Source: the human T2T-CHM13v2.0 reference genome, Homo sapiens
DNA: 64,000 nucleotides
Reading direction: 5' to 3' (one strand)
Assembly (NCBI RefSeq): GCF_009914755.1
Contig: NC_060934.1
Below, one piece after another: positions 12,335 to 23,300 of this stretch (positions are counted from its first letter, which is position 1; every line of letters starts with the position of its first letter). The notes beneath the pieces were generated by a model, which saw only the letters and a list, made by a program, of their open reading frames with translations, was not told where the DNA came from and searched no databases. The position numbers and the translations under genes are program-made.

Positions 12335-13212
12335 ATTCGTTTTCTTCTGTTGTATAACAAATTACCCCAAAACTTAACAGCTTAAAACAACCAACGTTCA
12401 CTATCTCACAGGAGAGCCAAGGCACCGTGTGGATCAAGAGTCCAGATGTGGCTTCCCTGACACCTCCCACTCAGGGTCTCTCACGGGCAGCAGGAGAGTC
12501 ATTAGCCAGGGCTGTGATTACCTCAAGGTGTGACGAGGGCTGAGAGATCTGCTTCCAAGCTCACTCATGAGGCTATTGAACCTCAAAAGATCTGCTTCCA
12601 AGCTCACTGACGTGGTATTGGGCCTATATTCATTTGTTAGGGCTGCCATAACAAATACCACACATTGGGTGGCTTAGACAACAGATGTTTATTTTCTCTT
12701 AATTCTGGAGGCTAGAAGTCCAAGTTCAAGGTGTTGCTGGGTTGGTTTCTTCTGAGGCCTCTCTCCTTGACCTGCAGGCAGCCATCTTCTCCCTGTGTCT
12801 TCACAGGGTCTTCCTTCTGTTCCTATCTGTTCCTAATCTCTTCTTACAAGGATACCGGTCAAAATAGATTAGGGCCAACCCTAATGACCTCATTTTAAAT
12901 TAATTATCTCATTAAAAATCCTATCACCAATTATAGTCATATTCTGAGGTACTGAGAGTTAGTGCCTCACATGGCAACAGGGCCTTTCCACCTGAGTGTC
13001 TTCACAACATGGCAGCTTATGATCTGAAACAGAGAGAGATCACTAAGATGGAAGTCCTTTTGTAATTTAATCTTGGAAGACACATTCTGTCTTTTCTGCC
13101 ACCTTCTATGAATCTGAAGAGAAGAGAATCAACAGGTCCAGCTCATCCTCGAGGGGAAGGAATCCCACAAGAGCCTGAATTTCAGAAGACAGCCATCTTG
13201 AAGGCTGCCTAC
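12335..13212 (-). mobile_element. Older MLT1 (MLT1F-like) MaLR LTR interrupted by an MLT1B-like LTR (about 12625-12965)
   Basis: 'tgtataacaaattaccccaaaacttaacagcttaaaacaa' and inner 'agggctgccataacaaataccac...ttctggaggctagaagtccaag'. Confidence 0.75.
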
Positions 13213-13527
13213 CATGCTCTGTAACCATTTTGCCCCAAGTCCAGTTGAGAGACCAGGACTTGAGATTGGGGATACTGGCTTTGAAAGTCAGTTTATCCTC
13301 CTTTGGAAGGGTGGGATTGTCAAGAGGTTGTATGAGGAACCCCAAGCAATTCTGGTTTCAGAATTTAGAGCAATAGAGGAGGAAAAGAGGCAGGAAGGGA
13401 GGTCCAGGAGGGCTTTGCAAATCAAAGGAAGAGGGTGCTATGTGCAGGTCTCGTGCACTCTCCCTGGCAAGCCCCCTGGGCTCCCATAGCAGTGTCTATT
13501 TCCCTTTGCATCTCCTCCTCTCCTCCT

Positions 13528-13740
13528 ACACACACACACACACATACCCACTCACAGTCACACACCCACATGCGTGAAAACACACTCATACAATCACCTC
13601 ACACACTTGCACACACACATACATTCAACCACATGAACACACATTCGCACACACAAGTCACACTGGCACACATACTCAGACACACACATCACACACCGCT
13701 GCACATGAACTCATATGTGTTCCCAACACACACACACACA
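13528..13740. repeat. Degenerate (CA)-rich repeat
   Basis: About 210 bp of cacaca/cacat units. Confidence 0.9.
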
Positions 13741-14651
13741 GGTAGATGCCATGCAGCAGCCTCCAGCGCCCTCCCTGTGCCTGGCATGTAACCTGTGCTC
13801 AGTCAGGGTTGACTTCATTAGTTGAAATATTAAGTCAGGGGAAATTGTGTTTGGGGATCCTTCTTTTCAATTGATCTTTTCAGTTGTTTAACATCGGCTC
13901 CTGGGCATTCACCGTGTGTTGAGCCCTCAACTCATGCTTCTCAGAAATAGAAAAATATCATTTTTCTTTCCCACAGTTGCATCTGAACTGACCACGTTTT
14001 GAGGGCTTTTTAATCAAATACAGTTTTTCAAATCAGGCAATAACTAGGTCTTATACTCAAGCGCTTGAGAGAGAAGAAAACAGAAAAGATTCTCTCCAAG
14101 CAAACTACTAGACCTTCCCACATTTTGGAAGGGAAACTTCTGAAAAAAAAAAAAAAAAAAAAAAGCCTGGCCTAATATCCACCCAGTGTATAGGGCTCCA
14201 GCTTCCAAAGCCATCCTAAACCAGAGCGTTGGGAATGACACTCTCTGGGGGTGAAATTATGGCTGAATTTGTTGAACTATATTTTCTAAAGAATATCCAA
14301 TAAGCATGCATTCTTAATAAGTTAAAGGTTATTTTTAAGATGAAAGAAATAATTATTATTAATAAAATAAATACAAATAATTTAGCACAGTGGCTGGCAA
14401 GGTTAATGAGCTCTATGTTATATTTTGGTTGTTTTCATTGTAAGAAACCCACTGGGAAAGAGCCTGCTTTCTAAGAAGCTGGCATCCTGAAAATTTAGTG
14501 CCCCTTCCTGGGCCCCTCAGAATCCTGCTATTGAGAGCAGCTTTGGAAGACACAGAAGGTTTAAGTTCTGAGATAGCTCCATAACCCCCACCAGAGAGGG
14601 AGGCTTTCTACAATACTCCATTCTTAGCCCACAGACTAGGACATGAAGATC

Positions 14652-15024
14652 TGATATGATTTGGCTGTGTCCCCACCCAAATCTCATCTGGAATCATAGT
14701 TTCCATAATCCCCACGTGTTTTGGGAGGGAGCAGGTGGAGATAATTGAATCATGGGGGCAGTTTCCCCCACCCTGTTCTCATGATAGTGAGTTAGTTCTC
14801 ACAAGACCTGATGGTTTTCAGGGGCTTCCGCCTTCACTTGGCTCTCATTCCGTCTCCTGCCGCCATGTGAAGAAGGATGTGTTTGCCGCCCCTTCTGCCA
14901 TGATTGTAAGTTTCCTGAAGCCTCCCCAGACATGCTGAATTGTGAGTCAGTTAAACCTCTTTCCTTTATAAATGAGCCAGGCTCACGTGTGTCTTTATTA
15001 GCAGCATGAGAACAAACAAATACA
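14652..15024 (+). mobile_element. THE1 (THE1C/D-like) solo LTR
   Basis: 'tgatatgatttggctgtgtccccacccaaatctcatc...agcagcatgagaacaaacaaataca'; TG...CA ends. Confidence 0.9.
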
Positions 15025-15949
15025 GAATCCCAATGAAAATGCAGCAATATCAGAAACATGCACACATTCAAGACCTTAATATCTGCCTCTGAGCAATTTC
15101 CTGGTGTATTTTCTTTTACAACAGGGTCATGCCAAACATGCTACTTCCTATTAAAATGTTATTCTTTATTTGATTTCAAAATTATTCTTCACATCTCACC
15201 TTCTTCCTTAAGCCATTTTCTCCCTCCAATAAAATCCTGGCACCCAAAGCAGCTCTCAGAACTAAATTAATTATAAAAGCATATTAATGTCATCTGTAGA
15301 GCAATGAAATTAATTTATTCAATACATCTAAGAGGAAGTCATCAATTATGACCAGAGATTGTAGCATTTTATGTTACAGCATTTAAAATTCTTACAAATT
15401 TTAATATTTCCTCCAGCAAGAATTGCCATAAATATCATCTGCTGTGCAGTCTTGATTTATGAATTAAGTGTAACTTTTAGTCCACTGGTGTTCAAATACT
15501 AAACATTTTACTCTTATCTAATGTCTGTTCTTAGATATTTGTACCTGTATGAAAAATAGGGATCTCCATTCCCTTAAGGGTGACCTCTGCCCTCAGAGTA
15601 CAGAAATATGCAATAGCATCTGTGTGGAGACATATACACGTTTTTAGGAAGTGCTTTCCAGCTTAAGATGCATGATAAGCTCAATACAGGGAAACCCATC
15701 CACACCCTCATGTCAGATCTGAATATACCACAGGGCCCCAAATGATTCATTCTCAGAATGAAGAAGGCAGCCAAAGGAAACACACTTTGGTCTTCACTTG
15801 TGCCTCTCAAAGGCCATTAGAGGACATGCAATTCATTACCCACCGCGCTTCTTACTACTCCTCTTCCCACCCAATTCCTCCTCTAAGTTACCTGCAAGAC
15901 CCACAACTAACCAGAAGTTCTCTCTCAGCTCTTCTCCAAAACTCTCCCC

Positions 15950-17030
15950 TAGAGAAGATATTTGACGTATATCTGACAAATAACTTGTATCCAGACCATA
16001 TAAGAAATGCCTACAAAGCAATTTCTTAAAAGGCAGACATTCCTAGAAAACCATGAGCTGACTGGGCACAGTGGTCTACAATCCCAGCTACTAGGCAGGC
16101 TGAAAAGGAGGATCACTTGAGCCCAGGAGTTTGAGTCCAGCTTGGGCAATGTAGCAAGACCTGGTCACAAGAAAATAATATAACAACAGCAAGCAAACAA
16201 CGGGCACCATGCTGGAACAGGCCCTTCCTGAGAGAGGAGACCCAAAGGGCCACTAAGCATGGGACAAGGTACTCAACTCCACAAATCATCAGTGATAAAC
16301 AGCAATGAAGTTAAAACAGAACACCCCAGCAGAACAGCTAAAATGAAAAAGATAGAAAAATGCCAAGATCCACAAGGATGTAGAGCAACTGGACCTTTCA
16401 CAGGCTGCCGGTGGAGTATAAATTGGTCCCATTTAGAACAGCGTCTGGCAGGATATACTGAGCTGAACATATGTGTTCCTGATGACCCAGAAACTTCACT
16501 CCTAGGTAAATGCCCAAAAGAAATGAGTCCATATGCTCACCATAAGATATGTACTAGAATATTCATAACAGCTTTATTAAAAATAGCCCCAAACTGAAAA
16601 CTACGAAACGTCCATCAACAGGAGAATGGAATACAATTGCCAGATAAAATACAGGATGCCCCATTAAATTTGAATTTCAGAAAGCCAACAATAATTTTTG
16701 TAGTATAAGCAGGTCCCATACAGCAATATTACCCAAAATGAGCAACTGCTGGGCACAACACGGATGATTCTCACAGACATAAGGATGAGCAGAAGAAGCC
16801 AGACACAAAATTACACAAATCGGGTGGTGCCATGTATGTGATCTTCCAAATACAGGCAAAACTCATCCACGCTGTCAGAAGTCAAGCGAATGGGCGGGAT
16901 GGGTAGTTACTGGAAAGAGACGTAAGGGGCATTTTGGGAGCCTGGAATATTCTGTCTCTTGATCCGGGGGCTGGTCACACTTTGTAAAAATTTGTCAAGC
17001 TGTATGCTTAGGACACATGAGCTTTTACAA
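15950..17030 (+). mobile_element. Old L1M (L1MC/L1ME-like) 3' region, interrupted
   Basis: 'gagaagatatttgacgtatatctgacaa', 'cttcactcctaggtaaatgcccaaaagaaatga', 'gaagccagacacaaaa'. Confidence 0.8.
16060..16195 (+). mobile_element. FLAM (free left Alu monomer)
   Basis: 'gactgggcacagtgg...ggaggatcacttgagcccaggagtttgagtccagcttgggcaatgtagcaagacc'. Confidence 0.85.
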
Positions 17031-17116
17031 TTGTGGAACATACTCACCCTGGGAAGTATTCTTTGTGTATCTGAAGTTCAGATTTCATGGAGCGTCCTGT
17101 AGTTTGTGTGACACCC
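16637..17116. mobile_element. MER53 palindromic hAT MITE in two halves (16637-16730 and 17031-17116)
   Basis: 'ttgccagataaaatacaggatgccccattaaatttgaatttcag' and inverted 'tctgaagttcagatttcatggagcgtcctgt' (26/31 complementary). Confidence 0.7.
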
Positions 17117-17480
17117 ATCCTCCATTCTCCTGCTAGTGGGTATTTTGTCCATCAACACATACCACAAGTGTATTTTATATGTGAATAAAAATACAAAAAC
17201 CTCTCACAGAACCCTGCTCCCAGAATGGGTCCTTCCACAGGAGGATAATGCCAGTGGGCAAAGGGAGAATTTTGAGTGGGCTGGGAGGAGGGTCAGAGGT
17301 GGAAACAGGGCTGCAAATACTCACGTAATAATCCTTTTTGTAGCACAGAAAACAAATGTCTTTTGAAGTGCAGAGATCTGACCCCCATCTCCATCCTCTC
17401 AGGATTTCAGTTGTCTGCCGGCTAGGCACCTTCAAACTTGATCTGTGTTTGTAGCAGAGAGGGCAGTGGTCACACATTTT

Positions 17481-17605
17481 TATATATATGTGTGTGTGTA
17501 TATATACACATACATGTATAATATATATACATATATAATATATATTATATATTTATTTTATATATTTTTTTCTATATATATGTGTGTGTATGTGTGTATC
17601 TATAT

Positions 17606-17654
<49 letters not shown>

Positions 17655-17660
17655 CATATG
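17481..17660. repeat. (TA)n/(TG)n compound microsatellite derived from an Alu tail
   Basis: Lies between TSD 'cacacatttt' (17471-17480) and the Alu body. Confidence 0.9.
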
Positions 17661-17780
17661 CTTGGGCAGGAGGCAGTCTGAGCATCAGCCACTCCCAGAA
17701 CTGACAGGGACCCCCGACAGAGCAAGGAGAGACACTGAGAAGTGCAGATGCTTCTTGGACATATATATATAGAGAGAGAG

Positions 17781-18083
17781 AGACAGACAGACAGACAGAG
17801 TCTTGCTCTGTTGCCCAGGTTGGAGTGCAGCAGCGTGATCTCATGTCACTGTAACCTCCGCCTCCTGGGCTCAAGCGATTCTCCTGCCTCAGCCTCCTGA
17901 ATAGCTGGGATTACAGGTGCGTGCCACCATGCCTGGCTAATTTTTGTATTTTTAGTAGTGACAGGGTGACACCCTGTCACCATGTTGGCCAGGCTGGTCT
18001 CGAACTCCTGACCTCAGGTAATCTGCCCGCCTTGGCCTCCCAAGGTGCTGGGAGATTACAGGAGTGAGTCACCGCACCCCACC
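17781..18083 (-). mobile_element. AluS
   Basis: Full dimer; TSD cacacatttt at 17471-17480 and 18088-18097. Confidence 0.95.
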
Positions 18084-18504
18084 TGTCCACACATTTTCAC
18101 TTCCGTCACTTCGGGATTAGGGAACGCAACCTAATCCTGTTTTTAGCACGGAGACGCTGCATGGCCTTGGAAGCCTACATTGAGCCGCTGCTTCCACCTC
18201 TCGCACGGCCTCCAAACCCCACCTGGGCTCGAAGTCAGGGCTCTGCCCGCCTCCCATTCTCTGGGCCATGCCCACATGGCCACGTTTTACAGGTGCCTTC
18301 ATGGGGCAGGAGGCAGCCTAGGCATCAGCCACTCCCAGAACTGACAGGGACCCCCGACAGAGCAAGGAGAGACACTGAGAAGCGCAGATGCTTCTTGGAC
18401 AGTGGATGGCTAAAGTGCAGACAGAGCAGGAAGCTGAAAGGGAGGAGCTGGAAGTCCAGTGAGCCAGCAAACAAGTACGAAAAGGCACTCTGTAAAAGGC
18501 AGTA

Positions 18505-18672
18505 GAGGGCCCTGGTTAAAGCACAGGCTTTAGAGCCAGACTCAGCTCCAACATCCACTCACTATGCTGCCTTGCGCCCATGACCAACTAGTTGAGCCTC
18601 AGTTTTCTCATCTGCAAACTGGGGATAATAATAGTACCGACACTGGATTATTGTGGGGACCAGGTGAGACAG
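18505..18672 (+). mobile_element. MIR
   Basis: 'ggttaaagcacaggctttagagccagact...gagcctcagttttctcatctgcaaactggggataataatagtacc'. Confidence 0.8.
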
Positions 18673-18674
18673 TG

Positions 18675-19275
18675 TGTGGCGGATTCTATTTTCCAAAGGC
18701 GACCACAGTGCACTTTTCCCACACATGCTCATTGGGAACCTCACCACTCTCCCACCAAGTGGAATCTAATTCCCTTCCCTTGAATCTCTGGGGAGCAGAG
18801 GGCTTGTCCCTGGCCTGGGATGGACAGAATACAGCAGGAGTGACGCAGCGTGACTTCCAAGGCTAAGGCATAAAAGGTGTCTGCCTTCCACATTGTTAGC
18901 TGGTATCCTCGCCTTTGGAGCCCGGGCATCCATTAAAGTCCAGCTACCCGGAAGCCACCATGCTGTCAGGAAGCTCAGGCCACGTGGAGAGGCCACACGT
19001 AGGGGCTCCAACTGACAGCTCCTGCTGAGATGCCAGGTGACAGACAATGTTGATGAGTAGCCATGAATGAAGATGCCCCCGTGTGACTCCAGTCCTCAGC
19101 TGTCAATACCCCAAGTCATCAGCCTTGAGTCTTCCCAGTGAAGCCCTACACATCATGGAGTAGAGACATGTCACTCCCACTGTGCCCTGTCCAAATCCCC
19201 AACGCATATCCACGAGCAAGATCAAATGGTTGCCTTAAGCAATTAAGTGTGGGGGTGGATTGCTACACGGCAATA
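18675..19275 (+). mobile_element. MLT1 (F/G-like) MaLR LTR
   Basis: 'tgtggcgg...gtggaatctaattcccttcccttgaatct...gccaccatgctgtcaggaagctcagg...aaatggttgccttaagc'. Confidence 0.75.
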
Positions 19276-20320
19276 GTATCAGTTAGGTTTGGCTGTGTAA
19301 CAAACCACCCCAGAATCTAGTGGCTTAAAACATGCATTTTTTTAAATTTTTTAAAATTATACTTTAAGTTCTGGGATACATGTGCAAAACGTGCAGGTCT
19401 GTTATATAGGTATACACGTGCCATGGTGGTTTGCTGTGCCCATCAATCTGTCATCTACATTAGGTATTTCTCCTAATGCTATCCCTCCCCTAGCCCCCCA
19501 TCCCACAACAGGCCCTGGTATGTGATGTTCCCCTCCCTATGTCCATGTGTTCTCATTGTTCAACTCCCACTTATAAGAGAGAACACATGGTGTTTGGTTT
19601 TCTGTTCTTGTGTTAGTTTGCTGAGAATGATGGTTTCCAGCTTCATCTATGTCCCTGCAAAGGACATGAACTCATCCTTTTTTATGGCTGCATAGTATTC
19701 CATGGTGTATATGTGCCACATTTTCTTTATCCAGTCTATCATTGATGGGCATTTGGGTTGGTTCCAAGTCTTTGATATTGTGAACAGTGTCACAATAAAC
19801 ATATGTGTGCATGTATCTTTATAGTAGAATGATCTATAATCCTTTGGGCATATACCCAGTAAAACAACATGCATTTATTTAGCTCTCTGTTCTGTGAGTC
19901 AGCTGGACAGTGCTTAGGGCTGACTCAGCTGATCTCCACTGGGCTCTCTTTTGCATCTGTGGTCCACTGGTGGGTCGGCTCATGGCTGATTGATCCAGAA
20001 TGGCCTTGCTCACATGCCTGGCAGTTGGCAAGCTGGCAAGTGGGCAACAGATGCAACTGGGTCACGGGTCTCTCATCACCCAGGAGGTCTGCAGGGCATC
20101 TTCACATGGGAGCAGAGTTCCAGGAGCAGCAACAAAAGGCCAGCCCCACTGTGCAAAAGCATTCTCAGGCCTCTACTCACAACATATTTGCTCACATTCC
20201 ATCAGCCAAAGCAAGTCACGGGGCCAAGTCCAGGGTCAGAATGAGAGGGCTCCCAAAGCACATGGCAAGGAGGCATGGGCCTGGAGAAGAATCTATGGCA
20301 TTTTTGTTGACAGCCACATT
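19276..20320 (-). mobile_element. MLT1 (H/I-like) LTR interrupted by an L1PA
   Basis: 'ggctgtgtaacaaaccaccccagaatctagtggcttaaaaca' resumes after the L1; 'tttgctcacattccatcagccaaagcaagtcac'. Confidence 0.7.
19340..19862 (-). mobile_element. 5'-truncated L1PA (about L1PA7) 3' end
   Basis: 'ttatactttaagttctgggatacatgtgca...ggcatatacccagt'; TSD aacatgcattt at 19329-19339 and 19866-19876. Confidence 0.92.
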
Positions 20321-23300
20321 CAGGCATGGACTGTGCCTCCAGCAAATGCTGGCTGCCCACAACATGGACGTAATGACCACAGAGCATGTATTGTTGGGCA
20401 CTGTCAGCTGGGCACCTCTTTGGACTTAAGCTTACCGTACCTAGAAGAGAAGGTCTGAGAGGAGTGGCTGGGGCTGAAGGTAAAAGAGATAGGCAAGGGG
20501 CTAGGGGTGAAGGCCATTCTTCTCTGACTCCTCCGGGACAGCAAGTGTAGCAGAAGGGGACACGGTTTGGGAGTCAGAGATGCCCAGGTTTAATTCCAGT
20601 TTTGCCATCAGTCCCTGTGAGGCCTCTTGCTCAGCCCCTAAGGTCCCCATCTGCCACAGGGGATAAAAGCAGCCACCTCTTAGTGCTGGGGTGAGAATGA
20701 GACGCGGCCACACGCCTGGTGAGAAGAGCCACAGGGTTGGCTGTAAACAGGCCCTGGGAGGCTGGCTGAGGTCTCCTCTGTGCCTGCTGAGTGAAGGTGG
20801 CTGGCAAAGACAGAACCAGCTACAAAAGCTCCCCAGCCAAGGCCTACTCAGATGCTCCGCTCTCCAAACCCCATTGTTATGCTACAAAAGACCGGTGCAG
20901 CTGCTTACCAAGAAATCACCGGCTCCCTGCTTGTCTGAAGGTCGGCCTCTGCAAACTACAACTGCTCCGATTCCCACACCCACACGTCCATGGGGCTGCG
21001 CTTGCGGATGTGCAGTAATTCTTGAGTCTCCTGCTTGGGGTGTTGGCTGTTGTGACTAGATGTCCAGCAGCAGGGCACAGTCAGGACAGCCAAGGAAGAA
21101 TGGCACACTTTGCAGGGGCTGCACCCCAAAGCAAGGCTCAGACCTAAGCTGTTTCTGCCACGTGACCTTCCCAGGAGGCAGGCTGTGCATGCAAAGGTGC
21201 GCCCATCACACAATGCACATGCATGCATGCGCCCACCAACTCCACCCGGTGGCACGCCATCATGTCACTCGAGTGCAAAGATGCCCATCTCCTCTGGGAA
21301 CTGCTATTCTAGTTACTGCTGGGCCTTGTTGGTTCACCACCACCCCCACCCCTCCGCCCCAGACAAAGAGATGGGAGAGAAGTGAAGATATTTGTGGCAG
21401 AAAGAGTAGCACATCAGAACACAAGCAGCGGCACACAGGCCCAGGACACCGCAAAGGTTCTGAGCTCCGTGAATAAGGTGAGACCCGGCGGATGCAGGGC
21501 GTCACCTTTCCAGAATATTAGAATTCATCTCGTAGACATTAAGGGGTGGAGGGAAGTTTTTAAGCATCATCGGTGTGGTGGCCAGAGGTGCAGATGGGTT
21601 TTCAGGACTATCTGCCTGGGGACTGTGTGGTAGAAGAAGAGATTGGACACAGGTGACCAGTTCAGAGATTTCCGTAGCCAGGCAAGAGCTGCTGGGGCCT
21701 AAGCGGGGCCATGACTGCAGGAAAGGAGAGGACGGGATGGACTCAGAGGACACTTCCAGGTTGATATCAGCAAGTTGACTTCAGGCTTTGACCACGCACA
21801 GCACCCCTCCAGCCCCCAACCATGGCTGGCGCGGTGGCCCCGTGACTCACTGCCTCTCACAGCCAACCGCAGAGCTCTCCAAGTCTTACCCCGTCCCTCC
21901 TGACATGACCTAAGCCTGCCCTGTCCTGTTCTGTCCCAGGCTTAGACCCGCAGACCATGCACACACGTCCACACCCTGTCCCTGCAGATGGTGAGCACAA
22001 CACAAATCTGCAAGAGGGATTATTTTTGAAACCTGTTTGCAAGGCAGATTTCTCACAAATGCAGAAAAGCAAAGTCTATAGATTTTTTCAGGCAACACAG
22101 AAACGATGAGTTCTTGGTGTGTTTGTGCTTGCGGCATCATTTTTCTCTACCTCGTGGTCCCGCGTGTTCAGGCTCTGCAGAGCAACTCCCTCTCCAAACC
22201 TCCACCAGCTCCAGAAAGTATGCACGGGGCGTCTGTGGGACAGGAGGCATGAGCTGGGCTGCGCAGGCATTCTGAGGGCCCTCGAGTACCCAGTGCACCC
22301 CGAGGCACCGGCCCCTGGCAGTGACAAGCTCCAGACCGTACCAAAGAGAAGGGCAGAACCCTGGGGCTGGTTCCCAGGACCTGGCCTCAGACCACAGGAA
22401 GGGCTATTTGTCCACGTTGGGGTCAACAGACTCTGGCACAGTCCCCCTCAGCATCCTGCTGTTCCTTCCCTTGGCTCTCTATCTCTGCAAAGGGTGCCAC
22501 CCCCACACCAGGGGCACAGCCTAGAGGAGAGGAGAGAGGCCTCTCACATGGCTGCCTGCCTGCATTCACTGCCCCTCTTCTGTCTCCAGGTCCTGAGAGC
22601 CCACTCTCTCAGAGCTCCTCCCCTCCCCAATCCTTCTGGTCTCCCACGTCGAAATCTCCTGCTCCAGACAGCCACTGAACAGCAAATGGAATGATCCGCC
22701 TAAAGCACAGGGCCTCTGTCATGCTCTCTCGTTAACATTGTATGGCTCCCACTGCCTACAAAATCAAGCCCATCCTCTTCAGTCTTGTGCCAACTGGCCC
22801 CTCTACTCGCCGGGGTCCTCAGACATATCACCTGGGCTTAGCTCTCAGATGGGGCTCCCTTCCTCTCCTGTAGCAGCTCTGAAATGGCCTCTTCCTGGCC
22901 ACGGGTGTTAAATTCTTCCCTGATCTCCCACGAGAACTCTCCCACCTCCAGCTCCCCCATGTCCTTTTCCAACATGCACTTTTAGTTACAGCTGTCTTAT
23001 GTTTGCCTTATCCCCTCCTACACTGGTGAACTCCCAGAGGGAGAGGGGGTCTTCTGCCACCATCTCTGAGGACCCCCTGATTAGTGAAGGTGATGCTAGC
23101 TGCTGTCTCAGTGGCTTAACAGAGTAACAGCTGAGGTCTCCGGTCACATCCAATGTTGATGCTCCTGGCCGGGCAGCCTTCCCCATGCTCGTTCAGGATC
23201 CAAGCTCTGTCCATCCTGTAGCCCCACCCTCCCCTTGGCCCTTGGAACCCTCTCTATGGGGATGGCACACCCAGTTTTTAATGAAATCACCTCTGATGAT

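Noticed and set aside
12545-12608. 21-bp direct repeat agatctgcttccaagctcact
   Set aside because: Inside an MLT1 LTR where such internal repeats may be native; not counted as a templated insertion.
13860-13980. Polypyrimidine-AG acceptor-like sites
   Set aside because: No matching donor or ORF identified; such motifs are common by chance.
19647-19874. ORF resembling the L1 ORF2 C-terminus
   Set aside because: Part of a 5'-truncated L1PA; not an independent gene.
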